Shown one piece after another: positions 56,268-64,000 of a stretch of DNA of 64,000 bases (position 1 is the first letter of the stretch; each line of letters begins with the position of its first letter). The translations under genes and the position numbers were made by a program. The notes beneath the pieces are model-generated. The model saw only the letters and a program-made list of their open reading frames with translations, was not told the DNA's origin and did not search any database. The DNA is taken from the sequence record OR413585.1; one strand, given 5' to 3'.

Positions 56268-56595
56268 AAAACGGAATTTGCCAAAGCTGGATATAACGGT
56301 TAAGTCGGGGCTGAAATATTTGGCACCCGACTGGGACTTTCTGATGGACTACAAGAAGTCTGACAAAGGCCCCGACGCAGAAGCTGCGTATACCAAACGC
56401 TACCTGCAGAAACTTAGTCGGTTGTTTGATGAAGACACTGATAAGTTGATAGAGATTCTCCGCCAGGGCGAGGTCGTACTAATGTGCTATTGCCCACCGG
56501 GGAAATTCTGTCATCGCCACTTGCTAGTTTCTTACCTTATTGAAATCGGTGAGTGGTTCGGTTATGAAGTAATTTACATGGGCGAGTTATCGTAA
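56212..56595 (+). CDS. DUF488-like protein
   Basis: LAPDWDFLMDYK...YTKRY...VVLMCYCPPGKFCHRHLL; probable start 56212. Confidence 0.75.
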   Translation: MPKQVKLWTLQLAKWRIAEKRNLPKLDITVKSGLKYLAPDWDFLMDYKKSDKGPDAEAAYTKRYLQKLSRLFDEDTDKLIEILRQGEVVLMCYCPPGKFCHRHLLVSYLIEIGEWFGYEVIYMGELS

Positions 56596-56606
56596 GGAGA
56601 GTCATC

Positions 56607-57002
56607 GTGAAATTGATTATGCCTAAAACCGTTCCCAATCAGGATATGGTTACGACTACACTGTTTTCTGAATCATTACGTAACTCTGTACGTCAGACCG
56701 CTTCACGTCTAGACGTGGCAGTTGAAGAACTCGACCCAGAAGTCTTCATGAAGTATGCGTTTATTGCAGAAGGTTACGCGATCGCCCTGAGTTATGCGCG
56801 GTATGTCGATGACGTGACAGAAGCTAAACGTTATTTAGAAGGCTGTTGTCAAGTTTTCCGTGAAGAAATCACCGAGATGGAGATGGTTGACCGTGGCTTA
56901 CCTGAATTTGTAAAGGTGGGTTACGATAAGCTGTTGCAATCCATCGCGGATGAGATCAAACGTCGCGGGTTAACTGTGGTGCACAGCGCTACACTACACT
57001 AA
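56607..57002 (+). CDS. Hypothetical protein
   Basis: 131 aa, AAGGAG SD, GTG start. Confidence 0.7.
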   Translation: MKLIMPKTVPNQDMVTTTLFSESLRNSVRQTASRLDVAVEELDPEVFMKYAFIAEGYAIALSYARYVDDVTEAKRYLEGCCQVFREEITEMEMVDRGLPEFVKVGYDKLLQSIADEIKRRGLTVVHSATLH

Positions 57003-57016
57003 CGGCGTACGAGTAG

Positions 57017-57054
57017 GCTACCACACGATCATATGTGTGGTAGCTTATTTTTTT
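57017..57054 (+). terminator. Intrinsic terminator
   Basis: gctaccacac-gatcatat-gtgtggtagc plus T-tract. Confidence 0.8.
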
Positions 57055-57070
57055 GTTTCTGGAGGCGTTA

Positions 57071-57604
57071 ATGGCAGACCGCTATCAGCCCGACCTAACA
57101 CTCTCGTCGAAAGCGCTTGTCGTGGCGTTAATTAATCACGATAACGGCTTGTCATTATCGCCTGACGAGATTGTGATAAGCGGAGTAGGGCCAATCGACT
57201 TAGGTGTTGAAAGTGCCCGTACCTCGCAAGCGTACATTGCGAAAGCACGTAAACCTAACGGCAAGAAAGTTACCGTCTATTACGACCGTCTAGTCGCTAA
57301 TAAGATTATCGACCCGCAAGGACCGATACTGGTTACTGTAGCTCCCGGCGACACCTATGCTGATTTAGCGACAGTTGTAAACCAGTTATGCGGTTTAAAC
57401 CTGTCACGTGAAGACATCTCGACAGGGGTTATTACACCAACAAACGAGCCGTTGATTGCAGCGATGAGTGACGATTCACCGGCTTGGACGGCTACCTTTA
57501 CATTCACGGCGTTTAATGAAAAAGAAGCTGTGGCAAGTCTGGATGAAGAAACTGTTTTATGCATCGGTGATGATGCAGTGTTAACCTACGGAGACGATGC
57601 ATAA
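57071..57604 (+). CDS. Virion protein with tail/baseplate repeat domain
   Basis: ATG 57071 with GGAGG SD; LVVALINHDNGLSLS...VYYDRL...LCGLNLSREDI. Confidence 0.65.
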   Translation: MADRYQPDLTLSSKALVVALINHDNGLSLSPDEIVISGVGPIDLGVESARTSQAYIAKARKPNGKKVTVYYDRLVANKIIDPQGPILVTVAPGDTYADLATVVNQLCGLNLSREDISTGVITPTNEPLIAAMSDDSPAWTATFTFTAFNEKEAVASLDEETVLCIGDDAVLTYGDDA

Positions 57605-58074
57605 TGGCAACTGTAGTCAAAAAGAAACGTTTGCATGAACTCGATTCTTACAACGGTGATAAGTCGAGCGCGGTAGCGCTTATCAGCGTTGATGAAAAGG
57701 AGTACAAACTTCCTCTCAGTGAAATCGGCGGCGGGGCAGATGCAAACCCTATCCAAAACTTATCCGGTGCTGACGGTATCGTTGAAATAGATCCCAATAT
57801 TGCGGACGACTTCATTATCCGTTTAGGTGACCCCACCACTGCGCTTTCTATCACACCTATTACCGACCCGGTTCCGGGTACGCGATATGAATTATTACTG
57901 ACGCTACGTCAGGGTACCGGTGCAAACAAAATCACCTGGCCGGCTTCGGTTAAATGGCCTAACGGTGCAGAACCTCCGTTATCGTACACGCTAGACGCCG
58001 AGGATGTGTTGTCTTTGTCATCTACGGATGGCGGTACAACCTGGAAAGGGGCCATTTGCGGAACAGGATACTAA
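57604..58074 (+). CDS. Tail fibre-associated protein
   Basis: ITWPASVKWPNGAEPPLS...DVLSLSSTDGGTTW, a common phage fibre module. Confidence 0.7.
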   Translation: MATVVKKKRLHELDSYNGDKSSAVALISVDEKEYKLPLSEIGGGADANPIQNLSGADGIVEIDPNIADDFIIRLGDPTTALSITPITDPVPGTRYELLLTLRQGTGANKITWPASVKWPNGAEPPLSYTLDAEDVLSLSSTDGGTTWKGAICGTGY

Positions 58075-58077
58075 GCC

Positions 58078-61000
58078 ATGCGCAAATTTAAAATCTCTGC
58101 TAAACGACATGCGTTGAACTATGCGATGTCGCTGGCTTACGGACATCAGGACTTTGTTCGCCGCAATACCGGTCTCACAAACGACGCCCACAATGACCAT
58201 TATCTGATTAACCCAGAAGGGGTGCTATCTAATAACCGGCATTTCATTGCTGACTCCATGGCTGTGTATCAACCTAATGGTGACGCCACCACAGAAGGTC
58301 AATCGTTGCTGATTATTGGCTACTGTCACATGTACATTGCTACCAAAAACCAGATGTGGTTAGATGCGGCGATTCGTGCATGGGAAGCGTACGCTACCTA
58401 CTATTACGCAGGTCAGGCCATTCCTGAGTCACCGCAACGTTGGATTTGTAACTGGCTAGTTAACGGTAAAGAACCGGTGCTGTCAGACTATCCGGTGCAT
58501 CCGACCGAGCCAACCCACGGTGGTTACAAGTGTGTACCGGTAACGTTTACGAACGGGCGTTGTCAGATACCCCAAGGCGCACCGTTCTTTGGTGAATATC
58601 TGAACAATTTCTTTTCTGCACATCGTGGCCATCCTACCTGGGGAGCGGTTAATGCTGACGTACAGAAAATTAAGGAATCGGAAGACGGGTTAATTGACTG
58701 GTCTAAAGTCCCTGATTACTTAATCACCAATCCAGAGAAACCTTACGATGTAAAAGCGTGGGTGGACTGGAACAGGATGTTAAACGACCCAACCGGATAT
58801 ACCCCAATATGGGGTGGTTCTACCTCGAAAGGTCCGCGGTACGAACCTGACTGGTTTGTTGTGTGGACGGGTGAGAAGGTTCAAGACGGCGAAGTCATCG
58901 AATCCGGTTTACCTGATGCCCAGAAAGGAACCGTACAATTAAAGGACACCAGTATTAACGGTGTATATTTGATTAACTACGCTTCCCAGGTACCTGTAGA
59001 GCACGGCGGATATTTGTTTGACCGCAATGAGCCGTGGCACAACCGTCCGGTTCATACCCCGTTAAAAGGGTCTGTTAACCAGATGGGTAACGCGGCAGAT
59101 GCGGAAGTGTGGTTTATTGATGCCTGTTATCTCCTCTGGCGTATCACAGGTGAACCGCGCTATAAAGCCGCACTAGACTCGGTGTTCTATACAGCACACG
59201 AATACACGTATATCGATGCGAAGGACAAGTTTTTCCGACGTTCTAAGCTAGCCGAAACGCCATTTACAGATGGTATCTCGTACGACTATAAATACCCCAG
59301 CACCGTTGAGGTCGCTTACAGTCGTGATGAAAATGGTGATATTGTGTTCCGTTCTGAGAAAGCTGTGCAGAACTTTATGGAACAGCAAGCCGTGCGTTTC
59401 AGGATAAACAGTCAATCGAAGTTACGTGTGACGTATGGCGGTGTTTGCGACAACGGTGATGCGCTTGCGTGTAAAGTGATGGTGGATATCAACCCCGTTA
59501 AAGCGGATACTGAAGAAGTAAACTGGTACGGCTGTACGCTTCCAGGATCAACATCGATGGAAGTAAAACAGCATGACATCAGTTTAGGGCATCTGGCCAG
59601 AATGACTAATCCGGTCAACGGTGAAGATTACATCATTGCCGATGCGCGAGCATGTTCAGATTACGGTGGGTGTACGTGGCAGGAGAAGTTTGAGAGTAAC
59701 ATCTACGATGGTCGTTCAGGCACAATCGTAGAAGCGTTATTCCCGAACGACGATGCGGGCTTCATTATCGGTTTCTGGTTAACCGATGCTGGAGTTGCGC
59801 CCCCACAGTCAATTGTCTATCGTGCTGATGCCGATTTCAACTTCCGTTTCGAAGATACCAACAAGTGGCGTTGGTGGTGGATGTTGCCCGCGACTAACGG
59901 GGAATGGAAACAGGTTATTATTCGCCCTGAAGACGCAACACTCTCGGGCTATCAACCTGACCACGATACCGATGTCGAAACAAAACCGTCTGCGCCAAAC
60001 TACACAACTATCGATCAGGTAACCATACTGCCCGATTCGGCTGTGGAGAATGCGCACTTTAGCTGGTATTGCGTAAACGATGTTCCGCCACTGTTTAATG
60101 CAGATGATGGCTGGACATTAACGTTTCGCATCGCAATTCGGGGAGGTTCTGCATTTACGGGTAAAGTGGGCGATTGTACGATAAAAGATTACCGTCTTGA
60201 CTCGCTCGCGTATTGTCCAGGAACGATACCGTTCTCGAACATTTATTCGGAAGGAACGTATCAGCTAGGTGCATGGCACGGGATGCCGTATCCCGGCTAT
60301 CAGTATCCGTTTATGTACACCATACACACCGATGATCGCTACAAAGACTGGCTCTTAAATCAGATTCGGTTTATGCACGATTCACAAACCAACTACCAAA
60401 CGCAGATAGGTGAGTTAGGTCCAGGTTGTGCGGCGTATATTTGGAACCGTTGGGATAACTACTCTTACGGCCCGGCAGATACATGGACAACGTTCCATTG
60501 GGGCGATGGACATCCGTGGGCAGGTTATCAGCCGCGTGCGTATAACGCCGCTGCGCGTTGTTGGTACGAATTAGTTGTGCGTGGTAAAGAGGTTCCACCT
60601 GAGCTAGTAGTGTACGTTGAAAATTGGGCTAAGTGGCTCGTAGGGTTCTTAGACCGCTTTGACAACCACACCCCGAATGAATTCCCTACGGCACCAAATA
60701 AACCGGTATGGGTAGAGAATGATTTCACAGCACATATGTGTGCGCTCTGGATAGCAGGCAGTGCTTATGCGGCAATGGCTGGCTGTACAGTGGAAGGGTT
60801 GAGCCGTATTATGGATATGGGGATGAAGGAGATGGGTGACAACTTCACCGTCACCGACATTCCAGGAAAAGCCATTAACGGTGCCTGGTCTCCGTGGGCA
60901 AATCCTACCACGGATAACGGTCAGGCTTTTGGGTTTTATACTGGAGAAGCGATGCGTGCAATCGGGTTGTATCTCCTCTATAAAGAACACGGCCCAGGAC

Positions 61001-61095
61001 ATGATATTTATCGTGACTTGGCAATACCCGACCACACAACAGCTTCACTCGATATAACGTTTACTATCCCAGACGATCCGCTCGAAACTAATTAA
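58078..61095 (+). CDS. Large tail fibre/spike-like protein with GH8-like glycosidase motifs
   Basis: 1005 aa; ATTEGQSLL (E73) and NAADAEVWF...EPRY (D341) match GH8 motifs; Trp-rich beta inserts. Confidence 0.6.
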   Translation: MRKFKISAKRHALNYAMSLAYGHQDFVRRNTGLTNDAHNDHYLINPEGVLSNNRHFIADSMAVYQPNGDATTEGQSLLIIGYCHMYIATKNQMWLDAAIRAWEAYATYYYAGQAIPESPQRWICNWLVNGKEPVLSDYPVHPTEPTHGGYKCVPVTFTNGRCQIPQGAPFFGEYLNNFFSAHRGHPTWGAVNADVQKIKESEDGLIDWSKVPDYLITNPEKPYDVKAWVDWNRMLNDPTGYTPIWGGSTSKGPRYEPDWFVVWTGEKVQDGEVIESGLPDAQKGTVQLKDTSINGVYLINYASQVPVEHGGYLFDRNEPWHNRPVHTPLKGSVNQMGNAADAEVWFIDACYLLWRITGEPRYKAALDSVFYTAHEYTYIDAKDKFFRRSKLAETPFTDGISYDYKYPSTVEVAYSRDENGDIVFRSEKAVQNFMEQQAVRFRINSQSKLRVTYGGVCDNGDALACKVMVDINPVKADTEEVNWYGCTLPGSTSMEVKQHDISLGHLARMTNPVNGEDYIIADARACSDYGGCTWQEKFESNIYDGRSGTIVEALFPNDDAGFIIGFWLTDAGVAPPQSIVYRADADFNFRFEDTNKWRWWWMLPATNGEWKQVIIRPEDATLSGYQPDHDTDVETKPSAPNYTTIDQVTILPDSAVENAHFSWYCVNDVPPLFNADDGWTLTFRIAIRGGSAFTGKVGDCTIKDYRLDSLAYCPGTIPFSNIYSEGTYQLGAWHGMPYPGYQYPFMYTIHTDDRYKDWLLNQIRFMHDSQTNYQTQIGELGPGCAAYIWNRWDNYSYGPADTWTTFHWGDGHPWAGYQPRAYNAAARCWYELVVRGKEVPPELVVYVENWAKWLVGFLDRFDNHTPNEFPTAPNKPVWVENDFTAHMCALWIAGSAYAAMAGCTVEGLSRIMDMGMKEMGDNFTVTDIPGKAINGAWSPWANPTTDNGQAFGFYTGEAMRAIGLYLLYKEHGPGHDIYRDLAIPDHTTASLDITFTIPDDPLETN

Positions 61096-61100
61096 GTGTA

Positions 61101-61143
61101 TACCAGCTATCCTTCGGGGTGGCTGGTACGCTTTATTTTATTT
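61101..61143 (+). terminator. Intrinsic terminator
   Basis: taccagctatcc-TTCG-gggtggctggta plus a T-rich tail. Confidence 0.8.
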
Positions 61144-61199
61144 CAGATAGATGTTATCTCAGTGAACCTCTGAAATTTACGTTTCAATCAGAGCTTATG
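61141..61199 (+). promoter_or_regulatory. Tandem class B early motif (61141-65) and TTAC-N15-TATG (61177-99)
   Basis: Both repeated motifs are present. Confidence 0.65.
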
Positions 61200-61222
61200 T
61201 CATGTATTAAGGAGCAATTAAA

Positions 61223-61555
61223 ATGTCCAAAGTCTATCACATAGCGGTATTGCGTCAGGCAACTGACCTTGAAGGTGACGGTGAACTTCGAATGCAGGAA
61301 GCCATTCTGAGCACTGTTAAAGAACTTAACCAAGCAAACAATTTCGATGCACGCTTCGAGGCGCTGCCTGTAAGCCGTAATGCTTTCTACGGCAGTCAAA
61401 TCCTGGCAACCCAGTATGCGATGGCTTTAAGTGACTTGCGTAATAACCCTAGTCCTGAAACCGCGGCGAAGATGAACAAACTGTCGTTATGGATGAATAA
61501 CCTGGATGCTCCCGCAACATCCATTGTAAACGGTTTGGGGGTGGTTAATGGGTAG
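61223..61555 (+). CDS. Hypothetical early protein
   Basis: 110 aa, AAGGAG SD. Confidence 0.75.
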   Translation: MSKVYHIAVLRQATDLEGDGELRMQEAILSTVKELNQANNFDARFEALPVSRNAFYGSQILATQYAMALSDLRNNPSPETAAKMNKLSLWMNNLDAPATSIVNGLGVVNG

Positions 61556-61883
61556 AGTAATCCGTGTTGCCAGACCAATGCGTCTCAATAGGACGCCAAT
61601 GATAAATCGTGATATCAGTGAAGCTGTAAAACAGTTGTCGAATATCGACGGTTACACCTTTAAAGTGATAACACTGTACGACTACCCAGAAGGCAAAGTT
61701 CCGCAAGAGGCGCTGGATGAATTCGTTAATGTGTTAGACGATTGCCTTAAGAGCCCAACGGACGTAAATCTTATCAAACTTAACACCATGTCCCTTGAGC
61801 TGTACCGGCTGCGTAAAATGGGCATTCATGCTCGCATCGGTAAAGGTGACCAAACGTTGGCCGAATACTGGGCTAAACAATAA
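61548..61883 (+). CDS. Hypothetical protein
   Basis: 111 aa, GGGGGT SD. Confidence 0.7.
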   Translation: MGRVIRVARPMRLNRTPMINRDISEAVKQLSNIDGYTFKVITLYDYPEGKVPQEALDEFVNVLDDCLKSPTDVNLIKLNTMSLELYRLRKMGIHARIGKGDQTLAEYWAKQ

Positions 61884-61910
61884 GCTATTTTAAATCCTAA
61901 GGAGCATTAA

Positions 61911-62429
61911 GTGAATATTACCATGAACCTGTACACCAAACGGGAACGTAACGTTTTAGAATCTGGCGTTGCACCGGAAGTATTGGCTGCGGGGGATATT
62001 AGTATCGACCCACTGAAAGTGAAAGTCGCGGAACTGTTCCCTCGTGATGAATGGGACATCTGGTATTTCCGTTGTTCGTCGGTATTGAATGCAATCAAAC
62101 AACTGTCTGATTATCAGCCTGGCCCGTACATCGGTACCTGGCACTGGTACGTCCCACGCACCCCAAACTTCCTCTACTTACACGATGACGATAAACGCAC
62201 TCATATTCGCACTGTAGCGACGCCTGAGCGTTTGGAGCGTTATCTGGGGTTAATCCACGACCGTCCTCGTAACGAGCTGCAAAGCATCGTAGAAGTGCTC
62301 AGACAGGTACCTTTAGATGGTATCCTGGAACTGGACATGAAAATTGCTGATCGGCCTCGCCACTACTGGGAATTTTCCTGGGTAGATGCGAAATACGAAA
62401 ACCATAACGTTATCTATCTGAAGCGTTAA
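61911..62429 (+). CDS. Hypothetical protein
   Basis: 172 aa, AAGGAG SD, GTG start. Confidence 0.75.
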   Translation: MNITMNLYTKRERNVLESGVAPEVLAAGDISIDPLKVKVAELFPRDEWDIWYFRCSSVLNAIKQLSDYQPGPYIGTWHWYVPRTPNFLYLHDDDKRTHIRTVATPERLERYLGLIHDRPRNELQSIVEVLRQVPLDGILELDMKIADRPRHYWEFSWVDAKYENHNVIYLKR

Positions 62430-62439
62430 GGGGGACAGG

Positions 62440-62760
62440 ATGTTGAACTGGTTACTTGCGCTGATTAACAAGCGACAAAAACAACTGTACGAAGAAAACC
62501 GAGAATTGGCTGCCGCTAACCGTCGTGTACAGGCCGATAACTTGCAGTTAAGACACGATCTCGCGAAACTGGGTGTTAACGCGAGTAGGCTTTGCACGCA
62601 CATTAGCCGGTGCCACGATATCATCGAACGTATTGGACACTACCATCTTACGTCCCCTGCGCGTCGCGTCTATGACGCGGCCGTCCAGGGATTGAAAGAT
62701 ACCAGGAATGCGTACGACGAGATGTTAGAAGAGTTTAGCAAACGTGAGGATAAATACTAA
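62440..62760 (+). CDS. Hypothetical coiled-coil protein
   Basis: 106 aa, GGGGG SD, TAATG-coupled to the next gene. Confidence 0.7.
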   Translation: MLNWLLALINKRQKQLYEENRELAAANRRVQADNLQLRHDLAKLGVNASRLCTHISRCHDIIERIGHYHLTSPARRVYDAAVQGLKDTRNAYDEMLEEFSKREDKY

Positions 62761-63143
62761 TGGAAATGCCAACGAACACCGACTTAGCACTGGCAATCGA
62801 ACACATGAAAAACCATCAGCTGACGTTACTGAATGCAAGCACAGAAGGGCAACGTCAAGGGTATGCGCTCGTTGCAAAAGCAGCGTTAGAACTTAACAAG
62901 ATTCTACTCGCTAAACTTTACGGGCTGGAAAACAGCGTGCTCCATGCGTCGCACCTGGGCGAAGCCAGCGAGTTAGTTACGAATGTGCGGCTGTATGCAA
63001 GTCGTGAAATGGAACGTTTAACCAACGAATGGAATGTCCAGTGTAACGGCGAGCGTGCTGATAACGATCCACGTAAAGTTGCACTGACGCCAGGTGTGTA
63101 TATCAAGGACGGTAGCATCAACGAATATACCGGATTTAACTGA
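62760..63143 (+). CDS. Hypothetical protein
   Basis: 127 aa, GAGG SD. Confidence 0.7.
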   Translation: MEMPTNTDLALAIEHMKNHQLTLLNASTEGQRQGYALVAKAALELNKILLAKLYGLENSVLHASHLGEASELVTNVRLYASREMERLTNEWNVQCNGERADNDPRKVALTPGVYIKDGSINEYTGFN

Positions 63144-63160
63144 TCGGTAGATAAGGGTAA

Positions 63161-63592
63161 TTGATAATGTTAACCATAGACGTAGCTATCTCTATCGAGC
63201 TTCAACGCATCGGTGTAGATACACTAAAACTTCGTTATCGTGATTTACCGCATTACAACAAGATGTTTGATGTTGGGGTGATAAAGTTTTATAACCGATA
63301 CGGGCCAAGAGAACTATGTCTATGGTTTGTCGAGTTAGCGATAACTTATGGCGAGTTTTATCATCCTAATGTACCGCATGTCGAACATGTGTCAAGAGGG
63401 CACCTGGAAACTTCCAGAGAATTCTATCAGCGATTGTATGGCGCGATGGAGGAGTCCGCACCCATCGACTACGACGTACCACCTGAACTGTTATTAATCG
63501 ACCATGAAGGAGAAGCCGGTGTCTATTTCATTACAGGGACTGACTATTCACGAGATTCAGAAATATTTACTCGAGGGCGGGAAACTGACTGA
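63161..63592 (+). CDS. Hypothetical protein
   Basis: About 141-143 aa, AAGGG SD. Confidence 0.6.
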   Translation: MIMLTIDVAISIELQRIGVDTLKLRYRDLPHYNKMFDVGVIKFYNRYGPRELCLWFVELAITYGEFYHPNVPHVEHVSRGHLETSREFYQRLYGAMEESAPIDYDVPPELLLIDHEGEAGVYFITGTDYSRDSEIFTRGRETD

Positions 63593-63824
63593 CGACTATC
63601 AAACCGCAGATATGTTGCTACAGTCATTTGTACCGTTACGTGCTGAGTATTACGAAATCGCGTTCCTGGGCGATGAATATTGTGTCCGCACGCAAGGGCG
63701 TGAATACGAAGCAGTTCGCGTACCGCGCACACTCGGCGGGGTGATGATACTTATCGCTAATATCGAAGCACTCAATGCGAAATGTGCGTTATACATCGCA
63801 CAGGGAGGTCGCAATGGATTTTAA
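63504..63824 (+). CDS. Hypothetical protein
   Basis: 106 aa; overlaps the upstream ORF by 89 nt, so the start is uncertain. Confidence 0.55.
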   Translation: MKEKPVSISLQGLTIHEIQKYLLEGGKLTDDYQTADMLLQSFVPLRAEYYEIAFLGDEYCVRTQGREYEAVRVPRTLGGVMILIANIEALNAKCALYIAQGGRNGF

Positions 63825-63972
63825 GTGGGAACCATTATCGTTAGCAGAAGTTCGTAACAGAATCGATAGAGCTATTGCAAGGAGAAAACATGTTCGGCCT
63901 GTTTCAGGAGAAAAAACAATTGCGTCGCCAATTAGAAATACTGGAATTGGAACTCAGCCTCTCAAAGACTGA
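63814..63972 (+). CDS. Small basic hypothetical protein
   Basis: ATG 63814 with GGAGG SD; 52 aa. Confidence 0.55.
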   Translation: MDFKWEPLSLAEVRNRIDRAIARRKHVRPVSGEKTIASPIRNTGIGTQPLKD

Positions 63973-64000
63973 GTTGGAAATTTCGAAAGAAGCGTGGAAG

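Noticed and set aside
1-64000. tRNA genes, introns, inteins, homing endonucleases, integrase
   Set aside because: No cloverleaf or T-loop (GTTCRA) context found in intergenic gaps. Helicase, RNAP subunit and portal are uninterrupted with no LAGLIDADG/HNH/intein motifs. This was a visual check only.

Overview
This window is a 64-kb segment of a lytic phiKZ-related jumbo phage genome, most similar from recollection to Salmonella phage SPN3US (Seoulvirus-like). That assignment rests on gene order and on A-x-E prohead-protease motifs at positions I recall for SPN3US: capsid ATE-130, portal ATE-161/AQE-254, and the two inner-head paralogs AQE-95/125 and AQE-124. No database search was run. Positions 1-37150 hold the conserved core: baseplate/tail proteins, head ejection proteins, DHFR, DnaB-like helicase, major capsid protein, a non-virion RNAP beta-like subunit, portal and RuvC. 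Positions 37250-64000 are mostly accessory: GNATs, SLOG, dTMP kinase, XRE-HTH, Zn-finger, Dam, TYW3-like, QueC-like, DUF488-like, and a GH8-like tail protein. I found no tRNA, CRISPR array, integrase, intron or intein. The main observations not in the ORF track are: (1) two tandem 48-aa paralogous micro-ORFs in a structured, probably antisense-transcribed island at 18388-18990; (2) a TAAT-CGACY-ATTA operator-like element downstream of early promoters, including that of the HTH gene; (3) an exactly spaced TTAC-N15-T(A/G)TG promoter seen 11-12 times; (4) three tandem-GNAT-like genes flanking dam; (5) a TYW3-like, QueC-like and DUF488-like cluster in one apparent transcription unit; (6) divergent gene pairs whose ribosome-binding sites interlock. 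All functional interpretations are hypotheses from motif reading.
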